Below, one piece after another: positions 9,807 to 18,791 of a DNA stretch of 64,000 nucleotides; the first letter of the stretch is position 1; each line of letters begins with the position of its first letter. Both the position numbers and the translations under genes were made by a program. The notes under the pieces were generated by a model. The model worked only from the letters and a program-made list of their open reading frames with translations. It ran no database searches and had not been told where the DNA came from. The stretch comes from Flavobacteriales bacterium (lineage in GTDB: Bacteria > Bacteroidota > Bacteroidia > Flavobacteriales_D > Crocinitomicaceae), in the NCBI GenBank assembly GCA_947463385.1, contig CANHSL010000003.1, positions 658 to 64,657 on the forward strand, given 5' to 3'.

Positions 9807-9855
9807 GGTAAATATAAGTATATTATTGTATTTTTTACAATATCTAAATAATTCC
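9807..9855 (-). promoter_or_regulatory. susC upstream promoter/operator module (TTG-N21-TATATTTA plus shared blocks and a palindrome)
   Basis: Minus-strand read: GGAATTATTTAGATATTGTAAAAAATACAATAATATACTTATATTTACC. It contains the ATTGTA-N5-TACAAT palindrome (9825-9841) and a near-consensus -7 box, TATATTTA (complement 9809-9816). Confidence 0.4.
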
Positions 9856-9856
9856 G

Positions 9857-10552
9857 TTACATTTTAAAAATCCATGCACTCTGTTCAAGCCTTTCGAGTT
9901 CATTATCAGCGTCAAAGGAAAAGAGATTGGCGGGTCTGTGCTTTACATTGGTTTGTTTTTCGGTGTGTTTTACCAGGGGTATGCCTTTAATTTTCTTTCT
10001 GAAGTTCGCTTTATCGAAGGGGATGCCATTCACATATTCGAATAGTTGTTGGAATTCATTTAAGGTAAATTTATCTGGAAGTAACTGAAAACAGATTGGC
10101 TCAATAGAGAGTTGTTTTTTAAGGCGATCAAAGGTTGCGTGTAGGATTTCGTTGTGATCAAAGGCTAAGTCGCTAACATCCATAACGGATTCCCATTTAA
10201 CTTCATTTGCCCATGAAGAAGCTCGGATTGAAAAATCTTCAATTCGTACTAAGGCGAAATATGCGATCGTAATAACTCGGCCTTGTGGATGCCGTGAGGG
10301 ACTCCCAAACGTATGCGCTTGATGCATTTGAATACTCGTAAGTCCGGTTAGTTCACGAAGTATTCGTTCAGCAGCATTCGGTAAATCTTCATCTGGATAG
10401 ACAAGGTCGCCAGGAATGGCCCAATAGTCTTTATACGGGTCTACGGAACGTTTTATAAGAAGCGTTTTTATTTTTCCTTCTGAGTAACCAAAAATCAAAC
10501 AGTCTACAGAAAATGCAGAGCTAAAAAAATCAGAAAAATCTATTTTATACAT
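9857..10552 (-). CDS. Nudix-fold transcriptional regulator (NrtR-like: degenerate Nudix domain plus C-terminal winged-helix)
   Basis: 231 aa. The Nudix box is degenerate (GDLVYPDEDLPNAAERILRELTGL lacks the REx2EE catalytic glutamates). The C-terminal ~80 aa are typical of NrtR-family DNA-binding domains. Sits between a sugar MFS gene and susC. Confidence 0.75.
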   Translation of the reverse strand: MYKIDFSDFFSSAFSVDCLIFGYSEGKIKTLLIKRSVDPYKDYWAIPGDLVYPDEDLPNAAERILRELTGLTSIQMHQAHTFGSPSRHPQGRVITIAYFALVRIEDFSIRASSWANEVKWESVMDVSDLAFDHNEILHATFDRLKKQLSIEPICFQLLPDKFTLNEFQQLFEYVNGIPFDKANFRKKIKGIPLVKHTEKQTNVKHRPANLFSFDADNELERLEQSAWIFKM

Positions 10553-10560
10553 AGAACCAA

Positions 10561-11988
10561 TTAATGGGCTGATTCAGAAGCGTCTAACTGAGTGATACCC
10601 TGTTTTTTTAACATACGACTTACGGTCCATGCAAAAAAGGCTAAGTACACAAAACAAAGCACTCCAATCCAATAAGAACTTTGAATTCCCACAGACTTTA
10701 CCGAACCGAGTGAAGCTTGCCATTGAGAGATAAAGCCACCTCCCATAATCATCATAATCATTAAGCTAGAAGCCGCATTTGTTTTCTCGTTAAGTCCGGC
10801 AATACCAAGGGTAAAAATACAAGGCCAAAGCGTGGAGCAAAACAATCCTACGGAAATAAAGGCAAACACACTGACCATACCGCCTGCAAAAATTCCAATT
10901 AAAAGTGCACCTGCACCCAAGATTGAATAGACAATCAATTGACGAACGGGGTTCCCACCGGTAAATGCCTCTGCTACCATAAGAACAATAACCAAAAACA
11001 AATAAGGATAGAATTGAGAAACATTATGGCCGGCAATATAATTCACTAACATAAAAATTGAAAAGGCGAGAAACGGCAGCAATATCGAAAGTCGTTGTTT
11101 AATGTCGGCACCAACGTTAAAAGCACCTGCCGCAGAAGCCCATCGTCCGATCATCAAACTCGCCCAGAACAGGGAAACAAACGGCGTTATCTCTTGCTCT
11201 GATTTGCCTAATTTCAACTTCATGAATTCAGGAAGATTACTTGCCGTAGAGACTTCTACTCCAACGTACAAAAATATCGCAATCATGGCTAAAATCACTT
11301 GTGGTTTTTTCGCCACGGCGATGATTGATACACGCTCAGTGGAAGCTGTTCCTTCATCTTCAATCTGATCAGGAACACTCGAAAATTTAAAAAATAATGC
11401 AGCTAAAATAAAGGTTGCACCGAGTACTAAATATGGTATTTTAACGGCGGAAAGTTCTAAGCTTGTAGAGCCTGTACCCGCCATTCCGAAAATAGCAAAG
11501 GAAACTAATACGGGGCCGATGGTTGTTCCCACATTATTAATACCTCCCGCTAAACTCAATCTCAAATTACCGGTAGATGGGTCTCCCATATTAATTGCCA
11601 AGGGGTTGGCGGCAATTTGTTGAAGTGCAAAGCCTATACCCACTGTAAATAACCCGCCAAGTAATAAGGGGAATGAAGATTCATTTGCGGCAGGAATAAA
11701 CAATAAGGTTCCTAATGCTGAAATGACCAAGCCCAATGCAAGCCCGTTACGATAACCCAAAACTTTAAGTAAATCCTTCTTTAGTAAGGCAGAAACCGCA
11801 AAATAAATTAAAGATCCAACGGTATACGCTATGTAAAATGCCACCGAAATCAACTGCGCTTTGTCTTGTTTTAAATTCAGGGCTTTCTTAAAAACAGGAA
11901 TTAATATATCATTACTTGAGGCTACAAAACCCCAAAAGAAGAATATGATTATCAAGGCACCAAAGGCACTAAAATTGGTTTTTTTCAT
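10561..11988 (-). CDS. MFS sugar transporter, glucose/galactose (FucP/GluP) family
   Basis: 12-TM hydrophobic protein. The internal ATG at 11988 (MKKTNFSAFGALIIIFFFWGF) fits family N-termini better than the track start at 12006. Confidence 0.88.
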   Translation of the reverse strand: MKKTNFSAFGALIIIFFFWGFVASSNDILIPVFKKALNLKQDKAQLISVAFYIAYTVGSLIYFAVSALLKKDLLKVLGYRNGLALGLVISALGTLLFIPAANESSFPLLLGGLFTVGIGFALQQIAANPLAINMGDPSTGNLRLSLAGGINNVGTTIGPVLVSFAIFGMAGTGSTSLELSAVKIPYLVLGATFILAALFFKFSSVPDQIEDEGTASTERVSIIAVAKKPQVILAMIAIFLYVGVEVSTASNLPEFMKLKLGKSEQEITPFVSLFWASLMIGRWASAAGAFNVGADIKQRLSILLPFLAFSIFMLVNYIAGHNVSQFYPYLFLVIVLMVAEAFTGGNPVRQLIVYSILGAGALLIGIFAGGMVSVFAFISVGLFCSTLWPCIFTLGIAGLNEKTNAASSLMIMMIMGGGFISQWQASLGSVKSVGIQSSYWIGVLCFVYLAFFAWTVSRMLKKQGITQLDASESAH

Positions 11989-12023
11989 GGTCAAAATTTC
12001 GACCAAAATACAATTTAATTTGA

Positions 12024-13979
12024 TTAACCGGCTTGAGAACTGGCTGTTTTTGTATTTTCAACCATAAGTAAGCGTTCAACCGAAGCAGCGATAGAGGCAG
12101 CATCAAATCCACAGGCCGCCCAAAGTTCTTCTTGCGTTCCGTGGTGAATATAATCATCTGGAATTCCTAAGCGCACCACTTCGGTTTTGTATCCTCTATC
12201 GGCCATAAATTCCAAAACCGCTGAGCCAAATCCTCCCATCAAGCACCCATCTTCAACGGTAATAACCTTATCGAATTTGGTGAAAACCTCATGTAAAAGC
12301 ATCTCATCAAGCGGCTTAACAAAACGCAAATCATAATGAGCGGGAGTAATTCCTGTTTTACTTAAGGTGTTAATGGCTTCTTGTGCAAAATTACCCGGGT
12401 GTCCGATGGTTAAAATTGCAACTCCTTCTCCAGCGGAAACTTTTCTGCCTTTACCAACTGGTATCTCTTCAAGCGGTGTTTTCCAATCGGTCATAACACC
12501 GTTCCCTCTTGGGTATCTGATGGTAAATGGGCCTTTGTTTTCAAGCTGGGCCGTATACATTAGGTTACGTAATTCTTGCTCATTCATTGGTGCAGAAACC
12601 ACCATATTCGGAATACAACGCATATAGGCTAGGTCATATGCCCCGTGATGCGTTGCCCCATCGGCTCCAACTAAGCCACCGCGATCGAGACAAAACACGA
12701 CATTCAAATTTTGTAAGGCCACATCATGCAATACTTGGTCAAACGCCCGCTGCATGAAGGATGAATAGATATTACAAAATGGAACTAATCCTTGCGTAGC
12801 CAATCCCGCACTAAAGGTAACTGCGTGTTGTTCTGCAATACCAACATCAAACGCACGATCAGGCATCGCCTTCATCATTATATTTAAGGAACAGCCACTC
12901 GGCATCGCAGGAGTAATGCCCATTATTTTTTGATTGCGTTCCGCTAATTCTACGATGGTATGTCCAAATACATCTTGATATTTCGGGGCCTCTGGTCCTA
13001 TCGGAACAACTTTTACTATTTCACCGGTATCTTTATTAAATACGCCAGGGGCATGCCATTTCGTGGGATTTCCCTCTTCGGAAAACTTATACCCAGCACC
13101 CTTCTTCGTTAAACAATGTAATATTTTTGGTCCGGGAATGTCTTTTAAATCTTCCAACACTTTAACTAATCCTTCTACATCATGGCCATCAACTGGTCCA
13201 AAATATCTAAAATTTAAGGACTCAAATAAATTAGATTGATTAAGTAAGGTGCTTTTGAGCGCGTGAGAAACCTTGGATGCGACTTTTTGTGCATCGGGGC
13301 CGAATTTAGAAATTACTCCGAGCCAATTCCATACTTCATCTTTTACTTTATTATAGGTATGAGACGTAGTAATATCGGTCAGATATTCTTTAAGAGCGCC
13401 TACATTCGGATCGATCGACATGCAATTGTCGTTTAAGATCACCAATAAATTAGCGTCTTTCTCGAACCCTGCATGATTTAATCCTTCAAATGCTAAGCCG
13501 GCGGTCATTGCGCCATCGCCAATTACGGCAATGTGATGCCGGTCTTTAAACCCATGAAACCGATTGGCTACAGCCATCCCCAGTGCTGCTGAAATGGAGG
13601 TAGAGGAATGTCCTACCCCAAAGGTGTCGTATTCACTTTCAGAGCGCTTCGGAAAGCCAGAAATTCCGCCTTTCAATCGATTAGTATGAAATTGGTCCCT
13701 TCTTCCGGTTAAAATTTTATGTCCATACGCTTGGTGACCTACATCCCATACCAATTGGTCTTCTGGGGTATTAAACACATAATGAAGCGCAACGGTTAGC
13801 TCCACCACGCCAAGGCTTGCTCCGAAATGGCTGTTTCCGATTTCAGAAATCACATCCACAATATATTGCCTTAATTCCTCAGATACTTGCGGAAGATCGG
13901 CTCTCGAAAATTGAGCTCTTAAATCAGATGGGAATTGAATCTTTGAAAGATAGGGGCCCGGGGTGTATGGATTACTCAT
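12024..13979 (-). CDS. dxs: 1-deoxy-D-xylulose-5-phosphate synthase
   Basis: 651 aa. TPP motif GDGAMTAGLAFEGLNHAG and an N-terminus typical of Dxs (LRQYIVDVISE..GHFGASLGVVELTVALHYVF). Confidence 0.97.
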   Translation of the reverse strand: MSNPYTPGPYLSKIQFPSDLRAQFSRADLPQVSEELRQYIVDVISEIGNSHFGASLGVVELTVALHYVFNTPEDQLVWDVGHQAYGHKILTGRRDQFHTNRLKGGISGFPKRSESEYDTFGVGHSSTSISAALGMAVANRFHGFKDRHHIAVIGDGAMTAGLAFEGLNHAGFEKDANLLVILNDNCMSIDPNVGALKEYLTDITTSHTYNKVKDEVWNWLGVISKFGPDAQKVASKVSHALKSTLLNQSNLFESLNFRYFGPVDGHDVEGLVKVLEDLKDIPGPKILHCLTKKGAGYKFSEEGNPTKWHAPGVFNKDTGEIVKVVPIGPEAPKYQDVFGHTIVELAERNQKIMGITPAMPSGCSLNIMMKAMPDRAFDVGIAEQHAVTFSAGLATQGLVPFCNIYSSFMQRAFDQVLHDVALQNLNVVFCLDRGGLVGADGATHHGAYDLAYMRCIPNMVVSAPMNEQELRNLMYTAQLENKGPFTIRYPRGNGVMTDWKTPLEEIPVGKGRKVSAGEGVAILTIGHPGNFAQEAINTLSKTGITPAHYDLRFVKPLDEMLLHEVFTKFDKVITVEDGCLMGGFGSAVLEFMADRGYKTEVVRLGIPDDYIHHGTQEELWAACGFDAASIAASVERLLMVENTKTASSQAG

Positions 13980-14062
13980 TCACACAAAATTAGGAATAAT
14001 AAACCATAACAAGAAGAAGAGATGAATGTTCAATACCTGATAGAAGTGCACATTAAATTTTG

Positions 14063-14070
14063 TAATTTTG
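14063..14070 (+). promoter_or_regulatory. Bacteroidota-type -7 box TAATTTTG upstream of or overlapping the ctaB start
   Basis: Perfect TAnnTTTG match in the dxs/ctaB divergent intergenic region. Confidence 0.4.
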
Positions 14071-14973
14071 CAAGCAGAAAAAATCACTTTGAAACGTATT
14101 AAGCCTTTTATCCAATTTACTAAGTTTCGCCTCTCTTTTTTAGTGGTGATTTCTGCCTTATCTGGATATCTATTCGTAGGCGGTGGAGATACCGCTATTA
14201 TAATCAAATTGTTATTGGGAGGCTTTTTGATTACTGCTGCCTCAAACGGGGTGAATCAACTGCTTGAAATGAAGCAAGATGCCTTAATGAATCGAACCAA
14301 AAGTAGACCCTTAGTAACAGGGGCGCTTAGCGTAAGAAATGGCATATTGATATCGATTGCTTGTTTGATCAGTGGTGCCGTATTGCTGTGTTCAATTAAT
14401 TCGAACAGTTTATTTTTAGGACTAGGCGCATTCATTTCCTATGCATTCATTTACACCCCACTTAAAGGTAAAAGTTCTTGGGCAGTATTTGTTGGTGCGT
14501 TCCCAGGGGCAATCCCTCCGATGTTGGGTGCCATTGCGCACACCGGTGTTTTTGGATTCATACCCGGACTGCTCTTTTTTATTCAGTTCATGTGGCAATT
14601 CCCCCATTTTTGGGCGATTGCGTGGGTAGCTCATGAAGATTATCAGCGTGCAGGGTATTTTTTATTGCCCTCTAAGTCGGGAAAATCAAAACACTCCGCC
14701 TACCTGATTTCACTGTATTCGATTGTTTTAATTCCTATTAGCCTTATTCCTTGGTTGCTGGGAATAACGAATAATATATCCTTATTTATTGTCGGTGCTT
14801 TTGGGGTTTGGTTCTATTTTCTTTCTTACCGACTTTATATTTCTTGCGAAGATGGCGATGCAAAAAAACTAATGTTCGCTTCGTTTGTTTATCTACCAAT
14901 CATACAATTTGCGTATGTTTTTACCAAAATGGATTCTATTATTCAAAATTTATTAAGTCATGGATTATTCTAA
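14068..14973 (+). CDS. ctaB: Protoheme IX farnesyltransferase (heme O synthase)
   Basis: 301 aa polytopic UbiA-family protein at the head of the cox accessory operon. The start is uncertain: TTG at 14068 overlaps the -7 box. In-frame TTG at 14089 (MKRIKPFIQFTKFRLS) is an alternative. Confidence 0.88.
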   Translation: MQAEKITLKRIKPFIQFTKFRLSFLVVISALSGYLFVGGGDTAIIIKLLLGGFLITAASNGVNQLLEMKQDALMNRTKSRPLVTGALSVRNGILISIACLISGAVLLCSINSNSLFLGLGAFISYAFIYTPLKGKSSWAVFVGAFPGAIPPMLGAIAHTGVFGFIPGLLFFIQFMWQFPHFWAIAWVAHEDYQRAGYFLLPSKSGKSKHSAYLISLYSIVLIPISLIPWLLGITNNISLFIVGAFGVWFYFLSYRLYISCEDGDAKKLMFASFVYLPIIQFAYVFTKMDSIIQNLLSHGLF

Positions 14974-16042
14974 AGAACTTAGCCCGGAACTCAGGGAAAA
15001 AATGAAAAAAAACCTGGTTTATGTTGGGATTTTTGCCGTTGTCATGTTTTTCGCGGGCCTAACCTCAGCCTACTATGTTAACATGGGCGGTGGCTTTTGG
15101 TTGAAATATCCCATGCCGAGTGGGTTTTATTTAAGCACCTTGTTTATTGGTTGTAGTTCCTTGTTTTTTGTTTTAGCTATTCGCGCAATTAAGCAAGGTA
15201 AATCATCATTACTTAAATTACACATGGCCTTAACGCTGGTGTTTGGGTTGCTTTTTGTCACCTTCCAATTTAAAGGATATAATCAATTAATTACTCGTGG
15301 TATTTATAATCCTTCAATTTTCTGGACCTATCCAGAAATTCTCGTAAATGATGGAAGATATGGCGACACGATCACGGCCACCATCAATGGAAAACCAATC
15401 CTTGTAGATGGCAATAAGTTCAGCATTGGGAATCGCACAATGACGGATAAAGAATTTTTGGATTTTCAAGCGTATATGAAACATTTTGCCTTGCCTGAAC
15501 AGGTGATTTTTAGTCAGCAAGAAAAACCCTTAAAGGCCGTTTATTCCTCAAAATATACCTTGTTTATAAACAATCAACCCTTGGTGATTAAGGAAGGTAA
15601 GTTTTATACCGATGATTCAACAGTAATGATACACACCGATGAAATCAGGCTGTGTAAAGTGTCGATGAATGTGGTATTGGGGCGTGGACATTTTATGATG
15701 AAAGGTCAATACGGTAAAGATTTTAACGTGTATTTGAAAGGGAAAAAACTCGATTATAAAAACGGGAATTTCTGGATTAATGGACGCATTCTAAGTGAAA
15801 GTGCCCAATTGAACGCCCGGGAAACTTCCGACAGCGCGAGCGCATTTCTTTATGTGATCTCTTTCGCTCACCTTTTACATGTCTTGGGGGCCTTAATCTA
15901 TTTGCTTGTCATGGTAAAGAACTCATTTACAGGGCGCTACAGTGAAGGAAATCATTTATCCCTTCGATTAGGGGCAATGTTTTGGCACTTTTTAGGCATA
16001 TTGTGGGTGTATTTATTCCTGTTTTTCAATTTTATTCATTAA
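14960..16042 (+). CDS. Heme-copper oxidase subunit III-like protein with a ~175-aa hydrophilic insertion
   Basis: The hydrophobic N- and C-terminal parts resemble subunit III (C-terminal FWHFLGILWVYLFLF). A central hydrophilic block spans about aa 117-292. Confidence 0.78.
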   Translation: MDYSKELSPELREKMKKNLVYVGIFAVVMFFAGLTSAYYVNMGGGFWLKYPMPSGFYLSTLFIGCSSLFFVLAIRAIKQGKSSLLKLHMALTLVFGLLFVTFQFKGYNQLITRGIYNPSIFWTYPEILVNDGRYGDTITATINGKPILVDGNKFSIGNRTMTDKEFLDFQAYMKHFALPEQVIFSQQEKPLKAVYSSKYTLFINNQPLVIKEGKFYTDDSTVMIHTDEIRLCKVSMNVVLGRGHFMMKGQYGKDFNVYLKGKKLDYKNGNFWINGRILSESAQLNARETSDSASAFLYVISFAHLLHVLGALIYLLVMVKNSFTGRYSEGNHLSLRLGAMFWHFLGILWVYLFLFFNFIH

Positions 16043-16063
16043 ACTTGCACAAATTTTAATACG

Positions 16064-17095
16064 ATGGCAGGTCATACCGCAGCACTTGATTCAAAGACAT
16101 TATGGGGGGGTAAAATTTCTCCATTTTCAACAAGTTACGGAAAACTAATGATGTGGTTTTTCCTAGTTTCAGATGCCTTAACTTTTGGCGGACTTTTAAT
16201 TGCTTATGGATTTACAAGACATGACTGTTTAGAAGCTTGGCCAATTGGGGAAGAAACGTTTAACTCTATGCCGTTTTTAGGTCATGGGTATCCCTTGCTT
16301 TACGTAGCGTTAATGACATTCATTTTGATTATCTCATCAGTAACTATGGTGTTAGCGGTTGAGGCCGGACATCGAATGGACCGTAAAGGAGTAACGAAAT
16401 GGATGATTGCAACGATAATCGGTGGGTTTTTCTTTGTTGGTTCTCAAGGATGGGAATGGTATCACTTCATTCACGGTTCTGAATTTGGAAAAATTGAATT
16501 GGCTGATGGATCTGTGGCTCTTGTTAGAGGTCATTTCGGTGAAATCAAAAACTTCACTGTTACAAAACCAGGTAAGCACCACAAAATAGGCGATGTAATT
16601 AAAGAAGACCTAATGCACACCTTTCAACATGCTGCAGCGGCTGGACATATAACCAACGGAGTCATCACCTTACACGACGGGTCTGAGGCTACTATTTCTA
16701 AAGCAACAGATCACGATTTAAAATTAATCGTAAAGAAAAGCGGGAAGGTTAACAAAGCATCAAAAGCTAAGCGTGAGATTACCGGTGCAAAAGCGGAAAA
16801 ACTATACTATGAAGCGCTTTACTCCGGGGAAGCTAATCGGGTGATCTACGGTGCTAACCTAAAGCAAAATGAATACGGCCCGCAACAATACGCACAATTC
16901 TTTTTCTTTATTACCGGATTTCACGGGTTTCACGTATTCTCTGGTGTTGTAATTAATATTATTATTTGCCTAGGAGTTGTGGCTGGTACATACCACAAAA
17001 GAGGACATTATGAAATGGTTGAAAAAACCGGATTATACTGGCACTTTGTAGACCTAGTTTGGGTCTTTGTATTTACATTCTTTTATCTATTATAA
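16064..17095 (+). CDS. Cytochrome c oxidase subunit III with a ~135-aa hydrophilic insertion
   Basis: Canonical motifs FFITGFHGFHV and LYWHFVDLVWVFVF. The insertion spans about aa 138-272. Confidence 0.88.
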   Translation: MAGHTAALDSKTLWGGKISPFSTSYGKLMMWFFLVSDALTFGGLLIAYGFTRHDCLEAWPIGEETFNSMPFLGHGYPLLYVALMTFILIISSVTMVLAVEAGHRMDRKGVTKWMIATIIGGFFFVGSQGWEWYHFIHGSEFGKIELADGSVALVRGHFGEIKNFTVTKPGKHHKIGDVIKEDLMHTFQHAAAAGHITNGVITLHDGSEATISKATDHDLKLIVKKSGKVNKASKAKREITGAKAEKLYYEALYSGEANRVIYGANLKQNEYGPQQYAQFFFFITGFHGFHVFSGVVINIIICLGVVAGTYHKRGHYEMVEKTGLYWHFVDLVWVFVFTFFYLL

Positions 17096-17104
17096 TAACT
17101 ACGT

Positions 17105-17470
17105 ATGGAACGCGACGATTTAATTGAATATTCATTAGATGCCCACCACAGCGAAGAGAAAGGGGTAGAAATTCGTAAGAAAATCTATAAAGTAACGATT
17201 CTACTCACCTTGGTAACTATTATTGAGGTAGTTTTAGGTGCTGTAATCAAGCAAGACGCTTCAATTTGGCCCTTAGTTAAGTGGACCTTTCTAGCGTTAA
17301 CCATACTGAAAGCAGGATACATTGTTATGGTATTCATGCACCTCGGAGATGAGCGCAAGTGGTTGCGGTATGTAATCCTTGTCCCTTACTTTATATTTAT
17401 TCTTTATTTGATTTTTATTGCACTTTGGGAGGCTACGGCCATTAAATCCGTATTGAATTTCTTTTCTTAA
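17105..17470 (+). CDS. Cytochrome c oxidase subunit IV family small membrane protein
   Basis: 121 aa with three predicted TM segments, located directly after subunit III. Confidence 0.72.
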   Translation: MERDDLIEYSLDAHHSEEKGVEIRKKIYKVTILLTLVTIIEVVLGAVIKQDASIWPLVKWTFLALTILKAGYIVMVFMHLGDERKWLRYVILVPYFIFILYLIFIALWEATAIKSVLNFFS

Positions 17471-17476
17471 TCCCCA

Positions 17477-18145
17477 ATGAATGTCACCAAAAAACTAAGG
17501 AAAGTTCTCGGCTTCCTTTTGGTATTTGGTCCAGCCTTGTTTTTAATTTTTATTTCAACCCGCGGTTGTAAGCATCAATTCAAGACCTTAGATGATTATG
17601 GGGCCTTGAAAAGCTACTCCTTCACGGATAGTAAAGGCAAAAACCGAACCTCAGAGGAATTCAAAGATGAAATCATTATCATCACCACCCTTCAGAAAGG
17701 TTGCCCATGGGATTGTTCCGTTTCATTTTGGCGTTTAAACCAAATACTTTACCAACACATCCGAAAAAATAGTCACAAGCAACTGAAACGCGTGCGAATC
17801 ATCTCTTTTGTCACGGACGGAAAAGGGAATCCAGAAAAAGAAATAACCTTAGTTCAGCAGATGATGGAACGTGATGTGGAGGGGTATGACCCTAACTTAT
17901 GGATTGTAGCATCAGGAGATGTTCGCAGCATATATGACATTGAACACAACAATCAAACCTTACTTCAAAAAGGTGAAAAATACTACGGCGGCGAGGGATT
18001 TCAAGAACTTATCCTATTAAGCGACAAAGAAAATCATTTGCGAATGGTATTAAAAGGGAATCAAGAAGGGCTTATCCGCCGAATGAAAGAGAGTTTAGCC
18101 TTGTTATTAAAACAATATGATAAAGATCGGGCTTTACCTAGGTAG
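17477..18145 (+). CDS. Divergent SCO1/SenC-like thioredoxin-fold membrane-anchored protein
   Basis: 222 aa with an N-terminal TM anchor and a CxxxC motif (GCPWDCS). Lies in the cox operon. Confidence 0.6.
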   Translation: MNVTKKLRKVLGFLLVFGPALFLIFISTRGCKHQFKTLDDYGALKSYSFTDSKGKNRTSEEFKDEIIIITTLQKGCPWDCSVSFWRLNQILYQHIRKNSHKQLKRVRIISFVTDGKGNPEKEITLVQQMMERDVEGYDPNLWIVASGDVRSIYDIEHNNQTLLQKGEKYYGGEGFQELILLSDKENHLRMVLKGNQEGLIRRMKESLALLLKQYDKDRALPR

Positions 18146-18791
18146 TGTTCTGCTAATGTTCGTTCTACTTGGATGTGAAGAACAACCACGTCTTCCGTTC
18201 TTAGGAAATTCGGATGTTGAATATACTGAAAAAGAAGGTGTTGTCTATGCGGATACCGTCTATCCTGTCATTCCGGGTTTTACCTTTACAAATCAAGAGG
18301 GGAAACAAGTAACAAACAAAACGTATCAAGGTAAAATGTGGATTGTAGAGTTTTTCTTTACTTCATGCCCGACCATTTGTCCGATTATGAACAATCAATT
18401 AAAGCGCCTCCACAAAAAACTATCAAAAGAGGTGAATGATGAACTTCAATTTCTTTCGTTTTCGATTGACCCTACCCATGACAATCCAACTGTTTTAAAA
18501 AAATATCAAGTTAAACATCATGTTAATTACACAAATTGGGATTTTCTAGTAGGAAACGAAGCTGAAACGCACCGCTTGGGAATACAAAGTTTTTTAACCT
18601 TTGCCGGTAAAGACGATGCATCCGCAGGTGGTTATGCACATTCGGGATCTTTTACCTTAGTGGATGCCCAAGGTCATGTGCGTGGTGTTTATGCGGTGAC
18701 TAATTTTGACCTATCGGTAAATGAACAAGAATACGATAGAATGGTTAAAGAAATAAATATCCTTTATGATGAACACACTAGCTCCGAATAA
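18117..18791 (+). CDS. SCO1/SenC family copper chaperone lipoprotein
   Basis: 224 aa with lipobox LLGC, the canonical FFFTSCPTICP motif and a downstream His (GGYAHSGSF). Confidence 0.88.
   Translation: MIKIGLYLGSVLLMFVLLGCEEQPRLPFLGNSDVEYTEKEGVVYADTVYPVIPGFTFTNQEGKQVTNKTYQGKMWIVEFFFTSCPTICPIMNNQLKRLHKKLSKEVNDELQFLSFSIDPTHDNPTVLKKYQVKHHVNYTNWDFLVGNEAETHRLGIQSFLTFAGKDDASAGGYAHSGSFTLVDAQGHVRGVYAVTNFDLSVNEQEYDRMVKEINILYDEHTSSE

Noticed and set aside
13980-14207. 75-aa minus-strand ORF spanning the dxs/ctaB divergent promoter region
   Set aside because: It overlaps the ctaB 5' end and the promoter, has a low-complexity composition and has no support.
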